The notes under the pieces were generated by a model. That model saw only the letters and a list, made by a program, of their open reading frames with translations, did no database searches and had not been told where the DNA came from. A DNA stretch of 64,000 bases. Origin: Macrostomum lignano. Taxonomy: Eukaryota. This document shows positions 1-11,505 of the stretch, in pieces (position 1 is the first letter of the stretch; the number at the start of each line of letters is the position of its first letter). The translations under genes were made by a program, and so were the position numbers. The stretch lies in the NCBI GenBank assembly GCA_002269645.1, contig NIVC01000833.1, forward strand, positions 46,886 to 110,885. Reading direction: 5' to 3'.

Positions 1-1940
1 GAGGTGAGGAGAGACAAGAGAGTAGAGGTGAGGAGGGACAAGAGAGTAGAGGTGAGGAGAGACAAGAGAGTAGAGGTGAGGAGAGACAAGAGAGTAGAGG
101 TGAGGAGAGACAAGAGAGTAGAGGTGAGGAGAGACAAGAGAGTAGAGGTGAGGAGAGACAAGAGAGTAGAGGTGAGGAGAGACAAGAGAGTAGAGATGAT
201 GAGAGACAAGAGAGTAGAGGTGAGGAGAGACAAGAGAGTAGAGGTGAGGAGAGACAAGAGAGTAGAGGTGAGGAGAGACAAGAGAGTAGAGGTGAGGAGA
301 GACAAGAGAGTAGAGGTGAGGAGAGACAAGAGAGTAGAGGTGAGGAGAGACAAAAGAGTAGAGGTGAGGAGAGACAAGAGAGTAGAGGTGAGGAGAGACA
401 AGAGAGTAGAGGTGAGGAGAGACAAGAGAGTAGAGGTGAGGAGAGACAAGAGAGTAGAGGTGAGGAGGGACAAGAGAGTAGAGGTGAGGAGAGACAAGAG
501 AGTAGAGGTGAGGAGGGACAAGAGAGTAGAGGTGAGGAGAGACAAGAGAGTAGAGGTGAGGAGAGACAAGAGAGTAGAGGTGAGGAGAGACAAGAGAGTA
601 GAGGTGAGGAGAGACAAGAGAGTAGAGGTGAGGAGAGACAAGAGAGTAGAGGTGAGGAGAGACAAGAGAGTAGAGGTGAGGAGAGACAAGAGAGTAGAGA
701 TGATGAGAGACAAGAGAGTAGAGGTGAGGAGAGACAAGAGAGTAGAGGTGAGGAGAGACAAGAGAGTAGAGGTGAGGAGAGACAAGAGAGTAGAGGTGAG
801 GAGAGACAAGAGAGTAGAGGTGAGGAGAGACAAGAGAGTAGAGGTGAGGAGAGACAAAAGAGTAGAGGTGAGGAGAGACAAGAGAGTAGAGGTGAGGAGA
901 GACAAGAGAGTAGAGGTGAGGAGAGACAAGAGAGTAGAGGTGAGGAGAGACAAGAGAGTAGAGGTGAGGAGAGACAAAAGAGTAGAGGTGAGGAGAGACA
1001 AGAGAGTAAAGGTGAGGAGAGACAAGAGAGTAGAGGTGAGGAGAGACAAGAGAGTAGAGGTGAGGAGAGACAAGAGAGTAGAGGTGAGGAGAGACAAGAG
1101 AGTAGAGGTGAGGAGAGACAAGAGAGTAGAGATGAGGAGAAACAAAAGAGTAGAGGTGAGGAGAGACAAGAGAGTAGAGGTGAGGAGAGACAAGAGAGTA
1201 GAGGTGAGGAGAGAAAAAAGAGTAGAGATGAGGAGAGAAAAAAGAGTAGAGGTGAGGAGAGACAAGAGAGTAGAGGTGAGGAGAGACAAGAGAGTAGAGA
1301 TGAGGAGAGACAAGAGAGTAGAGGTGAGGAGAGACAAGAGAGTAGAGGTGAGGAGAGACAAGAGAGTAGAGATGAGGAGAGAAAAAAGAGTAGAGGTGAG
1401 GAGAGACAAGAGAGTAGAGATGAGGAGAGACAAGAGAGTAGAGGTGAGGAGAGACAAGAGAGTAGAGGTGAGGAGAGACTAGAGAGTAGAGGTGAGGAGA
1501 GACAAGAGAGTAGAGGTGAGGAGAGACAAGAGAGTAGAGATGAGGAGAGACAAAAGAGTAGAGGTGAGGAGAGACAAGAGAGTAGAGATGAGGAGAGACA
1601 AGAGAGTAGAGGTGAGGAGGGACAAGAGAGTAGAGGTGAGGAGAGACAAGAGAGTAGAGGTGAGGAGAGAAAAAAGAGTAGAGATGAGGAGAGAAAAAAG
1701 AGTAGAGGTGAGGAGAGACAAGAGAGTAGAGATGAGGAGAGACAAGAGAGTAGAGGTGAGGAGAGACAAGAGAGTAGAGGTGAGGAGAGACAAGAGAGTA
1801 GAGGTGAGGAGAGACAAGAGAGTAGAGGTGAGGAGAGACAAGAGAGTAGAGATGAGGAGAGACAAGAGAGTAGAGGTGAGGAGAGACAAGAGAGTAGAGG
1901 TGAGGAGAGACAAGAGAGTAGAGGTGAGGAGAGACAAGAG
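1..1940. repeat. 24-bp GA-rich minisatellite (GAGGTGAGGAGAGACAAGAGAGTA)n, ~80 copies, truncated by window start
   Basis: Direct 24-nt periodicity; translates as an 8-aa repeat (RRDKRVEV). Confidence 0.97.
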
Positions 1941-2321
1941 AGGAGTGATTCGTGAAGTTTCAAAGGACCTGAGGGCGGAATTAGATATACTTTGCTGGTC
2001 GAAGTTTTCAGGCCTACATGTATACATTGTAAAGTGTAATTTTTATAAAGAAATAATTCATCTTTAGCCAGTTTCAAAATAATTAGGTAGTTTTCCTCAA
2101 TGTACACCCTGTTTGAGCGTGGGAAAAATGTTAGGGCGGTCAGAAATTAGGTAGACTAAAAATAGCTCTGAAACATTACGAGTATTCTCTACTCCAAGCC
2201 CCAGTTATACCAGCTATAGTCTTCGGGTTTGCACTTTTAGAACGACTGCATGTCTTTTGCACTTTTTAAGAGTGCTAATATACACAGCTTTACATATACG
2301 CTTGTACATGTACAGTACTGC

Positions 2322-3125
2322 TGGGTCACTGATCAGCTCTCTAGAGATCTTGTTGAGGTCACTGAGCAGCTGACTAGAGATACTGCTGGGTCACTGATCA
2401 GCTCTCTAGAGATCTTGTTGAGGTCACTGATCAGCTGTCTAGAGATCTTGTTGAGGTCACTGAGCAGCTGACTAGAGATACTGCTGGGTCACTGATCAGC
2501 TGACTAGAGATCTTGTTGAGGTCACTGATCAGCTGTCTAGAGATCTTGTTGAGGTCACTGATCAGCTGTCTAGAGATCTTGTTGAGGTCACTGATCAGCT
2601 GTCTAGAGATCTTGTTGAGGTCACTGATCAGCTGACTAGAGATACTGCTGGGTCACTGATCAGCTGACTAGAGATCTTGTTGAGGTCACTGATCAGCTGA
2701 CTAGAGATACTGCTGGGTCACTGATCAGCTGTCTAGAGATCTTGTTGAGGTCACTGATCAGCTGACTAGAGATACTGCTGGGTCACTGATCAGCTGACTA
2801 GAGATCTTGTTGAGGTCACTGATCAGCTGACTAGAGATACTGCTGGGTCACTGATCAGCTGTCTAGAGATCTTGTTGAGGTCACTGATCAGCTGACTAGA
2901 GATACTGCTGGGTCACTGATCAGCTGTCCAGAGATACTGCTGGGTCACTGATCAGCTGACTAGAGATCTTCTTGAGGTCACTGATCAGCTGACTAGAGAT
3001 ACTACACTGGGTCACTGATCAGCTGTCTAGAGCTACTGCTAGGTCACTGATCAGCTGACTAGAGATTCCGTTGGGGTCACGATCAGCTGACTAGAGATTC
3101 CGTTGGGGTCACGATCAGCTGACTA
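2322..3125. repeat. 32/33-bp minisatellite GGTCACTGATCAGCTG(A/T)CTAGAGAT(CTTGTTGA|ACTGCTG)
   Basis: About 24 tandem units with two alternating tail variants. Confidence 0.93.
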
Positions 3126-3396
3126 GGGATCAGTAGAAATTTTATCCTACACCCTACTCATTATATCCTATATCGGTAGAGCTGTAACGTGCATTTACAT
3201 GTACATATGTAAGGTGCAAAAATTATCAAAGTGCTTCAATCTGCACGTACTACGAGCGTATATTCACTGCCCAATTGCCATAGACTAATCGATAGACAAA
3301 TTTCAACCAGCTCAATCGCTTCATTTGAGCATAGCCCAAGCTCAGCTGTTTACGGGCGGGTTAAAAGTACTCACGCACAAAGCTCAGTGCAGTGCC

Positions 3397-3747
3397 ATGC
3401 CGTCGACTTCAACTCCAATTCCGCCCGAGAGTCTCGGCGGCGTCAGCAGCACCTCGCAGTCGTCCAGCGAGGACTCCGCCGCGGTCAGCGAGGACTCCTC
3501 AACAGCCACTTCTCCGGCCTCGGTGTCGGCGAAATTTCGTCGCCGAATGCAGGAGACCTCGGAGCCCGTGATGCAGCGTACCTGCTGCCCCTGCTGCGAC
3601 AGGAACTTTCTCAAGGCCTCGGAGCTGCTCGCCTCTTTCAAGGAGCACCTGAAGCAGGCGCTGGCTGCGCAGCAGGAACAGCAGAAGAGCAAAAAACAGA
3701 ACGGCAGTGAGCTGACTGAGAGTCCTGTGCTGCATGGCATGAGTCAG
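3397..3747 (+). CDS. CRAL-TRIO/Sec14-like protein, exon 1 (S/T-rich N-terminus, Cys cluster)
   Basis: ATG at 3397 (GCCATGC), GC-rich coding-like sequence, donor CAG|GTAACT at 3747/3748, phase 0 matching the next exon. Confidence 0.75.
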
Positions 3748-3780
3748 GTAACTCCACTCAGCGACCTGGTGGTGTTAGAT

Positions 3781-4030
3781 AAGGATTGTTAGATAAGGAT
3801 TCAACCTGTTAGAAACAGGTAAGAATTCAACCTGTTAGATACAGGTAAGAATTCAACCTGTTAGATAAGGATTCAACCTGTTAGATACAGGTAAGAATTC
3901 AACCTGTTAGATAAGGATTCAACCTGTTAGACACTAGTTTCACCTGTTAGACACCAGTAACACATGTTAGGCACCAGTTTCACCTGTTAGACACCAGTTT
4001 TACCTGTTAGACACCAGCCTCACCTGTTAG
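3781..4030. repeat. Degenerate 20-27-bp tandem repeat with CCTGTTAGA core (intron 1)
   Basis: Repeated (T/C)AACCTGTTAGA / CACCTGTTAGACACCAG units. Confidence 0.75.
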
Positions 4031-4061
4031 CCAGGTTGAAGCCCTCAATTAAAATTTGCAG

Positions 4062-4247
4062 ACTGAAAGCAAAATCTTTCTTGGAGACGATTTCCTGAGC
4101 CGACTGCTCGCCAGGTGCAACTGTGACTTCGTGCGCGCCTCGGAGCGCCTGACGGTAGCCCGGACTGTGCATCAGAAGTACACCTTGGATACCAGCGTGT
4201 CCTGCAAGGTGTGCACTCAACGGCCTGGATTTCACAGCTTCCGTCAG
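4062..4247 (+). CDS. CRAL-TRIO/Sec14-like protein, exon 2
   Basis: Acceptor TTGCAG|ACT and donor CAG|GTGAGC, phase 0/0; peptide DDFLSRLLARCNCDFVRASERL resembles the CRAL-TRIO N-terminal helix motif (D..L.RFLRA...D...A...L), followed by CKVCTQRPGFHSFRQ. Confidence 0.85.
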
Positions 4248-4354
4248 GTGAGCTATGATTTATGACTAGCTAGTGCACGGGCTTGTAAACCTTATTGTTT
4301 TTTAAAACTGTTTGGCCGCCTACAGATCTCATTCGGTTTGTTATGCCATCAAGT

Positions 4355-4748
4355 GTATGATCCTATCCAGTTTGTGATCCCATCCAGTTTATGATCCCAT
4401 CCAGTTTATGATCCCATACAGTTTATGATCCCATCCAGTTTATGATCCCATCCAGTTTATTATCCCATCCAGTTTATTATCCCATCCAGTTTATTATCCT
4501 ATCCGTTTTACTGATCCCATACAGTTTATGATCCCATCCAGTTTATGATCCCATCCAGTTTATTATCCTATCCGTTTTATGATCCCATCCAGTTTATGAT
4601 CCCATCCAGTTTATGATCCCATCCAGTTTATTATCTTATCCGTTTTATGATCTCATCCAGTTTATGATCCCATCCAGTTTATGATCCCATCCAGTTTGTG
4701 ATCCCATCCAGTTTATGATCCCATCCAGTTTATGATCCCATCCAGTTT
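4355..4748. repeat. 17-bp minisatellite (GTTTATGATCCCATCCA)n (intron 2)
   Basis: Direct periodicity. Confidence 0.92.
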
Positions 4749-4830
4749 GCGACTCAAACTTTATTTTTAACAGTTTGATCCCATTTGTCTAATCGCGTCC
4801 AACTCTCCCCCCATGGCATCTGAACTTCAG

Positions 4831-5117
4831 GTGGGCTTTGACCGCTGCGGTAAGCCAGTGCTGTACACCTGCCTTAATCAGGACTTTGAGACCGGCACCC
4901 AGCCCGAACAGGTACGGGACTACCTGCTGCACATGATTCTCATTGTCAAAGAGGCTGAAAAGACCATTCCTGAGAGCCAGCACTCTCTAGTATTGGTGTT
5001 CGACGCCACGGGTCTCGGCATGAATCACGTCCGCACGGACACTGTGTCGCAGTTTGGCGAAATCCTGCGCTACTTCCCCGCTAGAATGAGCTACGCATTA
5101 GTGCTTAACATGAGCAG
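4831..5117 (+). CDS. CRAL-TRIO/Sec14-like protein, exon 3 (lipid-binding domain core)
   Basis: Acceptor TTCAG|GTG, donor AG|GTGAGT (phase 2); VGFDRCGKPVLY...LVLVFDATGLGM...ILRYFPARM matches the CRAL-TRIO pattern G.D..GRPV...V.D..G.....YPERL. Confidence 0.9.
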
Positions 5118-5169
5118 GTGAGTGCTCAGGGCATTCGGGTTGGCGCTGGGGGAGTTTGTTCTCGAGGTG

Positions 5170-6335
5170 AATTGAGTATCGAACAGGTAGATTGAGTATC
5201 GAACAGGTAGATTGAGTATCGAACAAGTAGATTGAGTATTGAACAAGTAGATTGAGTATCAAACAAGTAGATTGAGTATCGAACAGGTGGATTGAGTATC
5301 AAACAGGTAAATTGAGTATCGAACAGGTAGATTGAGTATCGAACAGGTGGATTGAGTATTGAACAAGTAGATTGAGTATCAAACAGGTGGATTGAGTATT
5401 GAACAAGTAGATTGAGTATTGAACAAGTAGATTGAGTATCAAACAGGTGGATTGAGTATCGAAACAGGTGGATTGAGTATCGAACAGGTGGATTGAGTAT
5501 CGAAACAGGTAGATTGAGTATCGAACAGGTAGATTGAGTATCAAACAGGTGGATTGAGTATCGAACAGGTAGATTGAGTATCGAACAGGTAGATTGAGTA
5601 TCAAACAGGTAGATTGAGTATCGAACAGGTAGATTGAGTATCGAACAGGTAGATTGAGTATCGAACAGGTAGATTGAGTATCGAACAGGTAGATTGAGTA
5701 TCGAACAGGTAGATTGAGTATCAAACAGGTGGATTGAGTATCGAACAGGTAGATTGAGTATCGAACAGGTAGATTGAGTATCGAACAGGTAGATTGAGTA
5801 TCGAAACAGGTGGATTGAGTATCGAACAGGTGGATTGAGTATCGAACAGGTAGATTGAGTATCAAACAGGTGGATTGAGTATCGAAACAGGTGGATTGAG
5901 TATCGAACAGGTGGATTGAGTATCGAAACAGGTAGATTGAGTATCAAACAGGTGGATTGAGTATCAAATAGGTGGATTGAGTATCGAACAGGTAGATTGA
6001 GTATCGAAACAGGTGGATTGAGTATCGAACAGGTGGATTGAGTATCGAACAGGTAGATTGAGTATCAAACAGGTGGATTGAGTATCAAACAGGTGGATTG
6101 AGTATCGAAACAGGTAGATTGAGTATCAAAACAGGTGGATTGAGTATCGAAACAGGTAGATTGAGTATCAAACAAACAGGTGGATTGAGTATCGAAACAG
6201 GTAGATTGAGTATCGAAACAGGTAGATTGAGTATCGAACAGGTAGATGGAGTATCAAACAAGTGGATTGAGTATCAAACAGGTAGATTGAGTGTCGAACA
6301 GGTAGATTGAGTATTGAACAGGTAGATTGAGCATC
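5170..6335. repeat. 20/21-bp minisatellite (GAACAGGTAGATTGAGTATC)n (intron 3)
   Basis: Direct periodicity, ~55 copies. Confidence 0.95.
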
Positions 6336-6423
6336 ACAGGGGATTTTTAGCATTGACTCTTATGCAGTTTTTGAGCCAGCAATTAAAGCTCTACTCTTCA
6401 AACCATATTTATCAACTCTGCAG

Positions 6424-6721
6424 GGTGACCCGGTTCCTGCTGAAGCCCATCATTCACCTGACGGGGCACCAGGATGATGTAGTCCTACTGCCCAGCGGCA
6501 ACCTGGAGCCCCAACTATCCGAGTGCTTCGACGCCCCCCTCGCCCGCTGGATGACGCGCGAGTCGGAGCGCAACGAGACGGCCCGGATGCCGTTCTGGAC
6601 TGCGCCAGAGGAGGCGTCGGGCGCTGCTCACGATCCCAGAGGCGAGCCGGCCTACGTCAATAACTTCGTGAAGCGCCGGCACCCGTGCGGCCATCGGCCC
6701 CATCCTTCCATCGTGACCTGA
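6424..6721 (+). CDS. CRAL-TRIO/Sec14-like protein, exon 4 (terminal)
   Basis: Acceptor CTGCAG|G, phase 2 completes AG+G=Arg; open to TGA 6719-6721; the spliced product totals 373 aa. Confidence 0.85.
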
Positions 6722-7109
6722 GAGTTCACCTCGCTTCTAAACACTTTATAACAAAAGTTTACTTTTGGTTGGGAGTGAATTAATTGGAATTTGTTTTCAA
6801 ATACAGAAACTCTTGCGACGACATCAGAGTGTCAATTATGTCTGCTGCTTTCGAGTGCTTTCTGGGTAGCCGTCCAGAATTTCAGGTATTTTTAGGAGAT
6901 TCTGGCATCGCCGCGCACCATTATGTGGCCAATTTTTCCAGCTGGTATGTCAGGTCGAGTACTTTTATGGCTCAACTAACATCTTATCTGGTGGTGTGTC
7001 GACGAGCGCTTATGGTACTTTTTTAGAAAATCACGTTTGATTATTCTGTGGGGTTTTCATTGATTATTGTTGGTTCCTTCAGTTGTTGTTAGGTGTTTAA
7101 ATTGTTTTG

Positions 7110-7520
7110 AGGTGTCATTTGTGAGGTGTGTCAGTTGTTGTCAGGTGTGTCAGTTGTTGTGAGGTGTGTTAGTTGTTGTGAGGTGTGCCAGTTGTTGTGA
7201 GGTGTGTTAGTTGTTGTGAGGTGTGCCAGTTGTTGTGGGGTGTGTTAGTTGTTGTGAGGTGTGTTAGTTGTTGTGAGGTGTGCCAGTTGTTGTGAGGTGT
7301 GTCAGTTGTTGTGAGGTGTGTCAGTTGTTGTGAGGTGTGTCAGTTGTTGTGAGGTGTGTCAGTTGTTGTGAGGTGTGTCAGTTGTTGTGAGGTGTGTCAG
7401 TTGTTGTGAGCTGTGGCAGTTGTTGTGAGGTGTGTCAGTTGTTGTGAGCTGTGGCAGTTGTTGTGAGGTGTGTCAGTTGTCAGGTGTATCATTAGTTGTT
7501 GGTTGTCAGGCGTGTCAGTT
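7110..7520. repeat. 19-bp minisatellite (GTTGTTGTGAGGTGTGTCA)n
   Basis: Direct periodicity. Confidence 0.92.
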
Positions 7521-8665
7521 TTGGTCAGGTTTTTCACATGCTCTCGCATGAGAAGTGGTTCAGCGAGGTTTAAGAGTCTCACAATATGCAAGGTTTACGC
7601 TCATACGCTCGATTTATATAGAACTACAGCTAAACAAACATGGACTTTTAATCATATTACGTCACGTCGGTTAAAGACGTTTTAAGCGCGCATTTCAAGC
7701 GTAAATAGAAATGGCTGTGCAATTAGTAGGCGTGAGTAAAGTTTTAATCTAACCTTTACAAATAAACCATGGTACAGTTGGCAGTAATCAGCAAGATAAA
7801 AACGCTTCAGATAGCCAAGTACACCTGCATACACTGTTATAGGTGACTAATGAGAGTTAAAATTATAGAAAACTCTGACCAGAAGACAGAATTGAAGCTG
7901 GCACACATTGCCCTGTGAGCATAAGCGCATTGTGTGCAGTATACAATAAAATCGGCACTGGGATTTGGCATTCTCTATACGCGATCGCTTACAGAAAAAG
8001 TTGAAAAATACATGCAGTTCATGATGATTAAAACCAAAGAAGTTACCAAGGACAACTTAACAACAGTTGTTGAGTAGTCCTTACACTTAGGCAACATGAT
8101 GGATATTTTACATCACACGGGTGTCAATAAGTACTCGAACATGCATTTGGCAGCTTAGTGGCAGGTGTACGTTGTATCTCTCATAGCTCCAATCAAATAT
8201 ACTGCAGACTTAAATTGACGTTATTATAGTCATTCTGTTAATTCATAACCTATAATATAGTAATATAATCTTTGATTCTTCATTAATGCGCAGAAAAGTG
8301 GACAGACAATAAGTGCTGGCTTGAGAGAAGCGAGACACCACGATAGCTCGTATTCCGTGTTAAAAATGACAAGTTCAAGACACAAATAATGGGTCTATAT
8401 TCGCGATTTAATTACCAAAAATTTTAGTAGACTCGAAAATGAATTACATGCATGCATTATCAACGTTCAGTCGGTTCAAATTCACGCAGCAGTAATTATA
8501 CAAACAGTTCAGAAAGGCGCATATACAAGACGGAGACTGTATGTAGAACAATTGCAAAACATAGGGTGATTATTACTGGTACAGTACACTGCACACAGGT
8601 TTAACCAATGCGGATGGTGTGTGTGACGTTACGTCACGTTACGTCACCGCAGGTCACCCTTGGTT

Positions 8666-9409
8666 TCAGCAGCTGACTGGCGCAGAGTCTCGCAGCGATT
8701 CAGTTGACGCAGGCGTCGCCACCGCTGTTTTGTCAGCTGCAGTGGCCGCCTCCGCTGCTGACGTCGAGTCTTCTCCAACAGAGACATCATCTATGGATGT
8801 CTGCTGAAGTGCTGGCTGCTGTTGCAGTTGCTCCTGCTGTGAGGACGGCTGCTGCTGCGATGCCGCGGTAGCATCAACACCAGATGGAGGCTCCGGCTGT
8901 TCTGGTATCGCCTCCGCGTCTGCCGCTGCTGCCGCTGCTCCAGCGGGCGATCCCGCGGACGTGGCTGCCTGCGCGGCGGAAGGCCGGACCCTGTCGCGAC
9001 GAAGGCTGCCGGCGCTGCGCGACAGCCGACGACTCGACGCCCGACGGAAGCTGCGAAACGATCGAAACGAGGAGCCGAGCGAGCCGCAGTCGGCCGTGTC
9101 CTCGTCGACGCTGCCGGCTTCGGCGTCGCCGTTGCTCGGCTTCTTGGAGTCGCCGCCGCGGGCGTAGAACCGCTTAGCTATCGATGACTTTCGCTCCGGA
9201 GTGCAGAAGCAGCGGTTGCACCAGCAGCCCAGGCCGGCCAGGAGCAGCAGCAGCAGGCTGGCGCACAGGAGCCCGATGCCAGCAGCAGTCTGCGAGGCGA
9301 TCCCCTTCGAGTCGCCGTTGCCCCACAGGCTGCCACCAACGATGAGAGAGACTGCCCCCAGCAGTGACAGCGCCATAATCACCGGGGTGCTTTCGTCGAG
9401 GCACAGCAT
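8666..9409 (-). CDS. Uncharacterised 247-aa protein with two N-terminal hydrophobic segments, a juxtamembrane Cys cluster and a low-complexity tail
   Basis: True ATG at 9409; hydrophobic runs VIMALSLLGAVSLIVGGSLW and GIGLLCASLLLLLLAGLG, then CWCNRCFC; polypyrimidine acceptor (CCCCTCCCCATAG) 4 nt upstream of the ATG and a candidate donor AAG|GTATGA near 9771 (5'UTR intron). Confidence 0.75.
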   Translation of the reverse strand: MLCLDESTPVIMALSLLGAVSLIVGGSLWGNGDSKGIASQTAAGIGLLCASLLLLLLAGLGCWCNRCFCTPERKSSIAKRFYARGGDSKKPSNGDAEAGSVDEDTADCGSLGSSFRSFRSFRRASSRRLSRSAGSLRRDRVRPSAAQAATSAGSPAGAAAAAADAEAIPEQPEPPSGVDATAASQQQPSSQQEQLQQQPALQQTSIDDVSVGEDSTSAAEAATAADKTAVATPASTESLRDSAPVSC

Positions 9410-10329
9410 GTCTCTATGGGGAGGGGTGAATATAACGGCAATGCAGTTCCTTCAAGTTCTAAGAAGCAAATCTATTATAAGCCGGAGAGACACGCCTAAA
9501 TATGAGGCCATTTTCTTGTCCATTCATTGCTCATTGGTTCTGCAAGAAATCCAAGCAGTTGTTTTTGTTCCCCTCCTACACCACTGCAGCGGGGCCGGGC
9601 GGCTATCAATCTCTGCTCAAAAACCGGAGAGGGTTGGAAAGATTGTAGAAAGATCTCAGAGTAGGCTTATGACTAGGTGGTGCCACAAGATTCACTGCAT
9701 TGTTGAGACAGAGAGAAGGGTAAGAGAGCTATAGTAGAGGAGAGAGAGAACTGTGCGTACTAAATTCATACCTTTGCACGTACGTTCACTGCCTTCGGTA
9801 TAATGTCAATTGTCAGAGCAGTTGGTGAAGGCATGAGGGATAAGCATTTTGTGTAAACAGCAACCCAAAATTGCACCGAAATTGCGCGTTGTATGCGGTC
9901 TGACGTCTGTAAGGCTTTAAGGTGGTACGCGGAAAGAGAGAGGAGGTGGAGAAATGACGAAGGCGGTTTTTGAGCACCCCAGGTTGTGGGACACGCTGAC
10001 TAAGCTATATTGCAGACGCCCAGAGGGGTGCTATATGGACCGTAGACACAAAATGAAACCGTAGATAGAATTGGCAGAAATATGAGTAAATTTTCGCAAG
10101 ATTTGAGACCTCCGCGCAGCCCCAATGTACAAATCCATTTAAAGAAGCACATTTTTTAAGAACCAATTCCTTCTTTAGTTTTATGAATCACCTTATTCGA
10201 TTAAAACTGTCATGAACAAAGATGCTCTGAGATTTTCAAGAGATTTTGAATCTCTTGCTTCTAAAAGCAACAAAAGGAAGACAGAAAATAAAGCCCTCAC
10301 AAAGATTACAGACATTCACCCTAAATTGA

Positions 10330-11190
10330 AAGCATCCCCCAGAACGCAAGCATCCCCCGATAGCAAGCATCACCCAGATAGCAAGCATCCCCCAGATAGC
10401 AAGCATCCCCCAGATAGCAAGCATCCCCCGATAGCAAGCATCCCCCAGATAGCAAGCATCCCCCAAATAGCAAGCATCCCTCAGATAGCAAGCATCTCCC
10501 AGATAGCAAGCATCACCCAGATAGCAAGCATCCCCCAGATAGCAAGCATCCCCCAGATAGCAAGCATCCCCCAGACCAGATAGCAAGCATCCCCCAGATA
10601 GCAAGCATCCCCCAGACCAGATAGCAAGCATCCCCCAGATAGCAAGCATCCCCCAGATAGCAAGCATCCCCCAGATAGCAAGCATCCCCCAGATAGCAAG
10701 CATCCCCCAGACCAGATAGCAAGCATCCCCCAGATAGCAAGCATCCCCCAGATAGCAAGCATCCCCCAGATAGCAAGCATCTCCCAGATAGCAAGCATCC
10801 CCCAGATAGCAAGCATCTCCCAGATAGCAAGCATCCCCCAGATAGCAAGCATCACCCAGATAGCAAGCCTCCCCCAGACCAGATAGCAAGCATCCCCCAG
10901 AGAGCAAGCATCCCCCAGATAGCAAGCCTCCCCCAGACCAGATAGCAAGCATCCCCCAGAGAGCAAGCATCCCCCAGAGAGCAAGCATCCCCCAGACCAG
11001 ATAGCAAGCATCCCCCAGAGAGCAAGCATCCCCCAGATAGCAAGCCTCCCCCAGACCAGATAGCAAGCATCCCCCAGAGAGCAAGCATCCCCCAGAGAGC
11101 AAGCATCCCCCAGAGAGCAAGCATCCCCCAGAGAGCAAGCATCCCCCAGATAGCAAGCATCCCCCAGATAGCAAGCATCCCCCAGATAGC
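10330..11190. repeat. 18-bp minisatellite (CCCAGATAGCAAGCATCC)n with CAGAC insertion variants
   Basis: Direct periodicity. Confidence 0.94.
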
Positions 11191-11491
11191 ATACAGATTT
11201 TTGTTATCGCAATTGTACGAGTATACCTAAGCCAACAGTTAATAATCGAAATAAACTTACCCGAACTTTTCAAGACTGAAATATCGCAATATTAATAAGT
11301 TGCTGCAAACAAAAATTACAGCTGATGCAGGTGACACACAGCAATATAGCTCACGGTCCAAGGTCTGTTTTCGCTTTCTCTCTAATTATGGTAGCCTCCC
11401 TCCTCCCCTCGCTTCCTTATGCTTGATTCCTCAGCGTCGCGTGCATGCGATGCATGGCCGCCTCCCCCGGCCTCTCCCGGGAAGCATTGCG

Positions 11492-11505
11492 GTTGCCATG
11501 GCAAC
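11492..11505. promoter_or_regulatory. Perfect palindromic RFX X-box GTTGCCATGGCAAC
   Basis: Exact match to the established RFX consensus GTNRCC(N)RGYAAC, in a GC-rich non-repeat island; function not shown. Confidence 0.5.

Noticed and set aside
4-2067. 492-aa, 191-aa and 182-aa ORFs (RRDKRVEV / LLSLLTST repeats)
   Set aside because: Translation of a stop-free 24-bp minisatellite; no unique coding sequence or splice context.
5126-6353. Repeat-peptide ORFs inside CRAL-TRIO intron 3
   Set aside because: They lie wholly in the 20-bp array between phase-compatible splice sites.
10212-11273. Several ORFs with GGCLLS / GDACYL repeats
   Set aside because: By-products of the 18-bp array.
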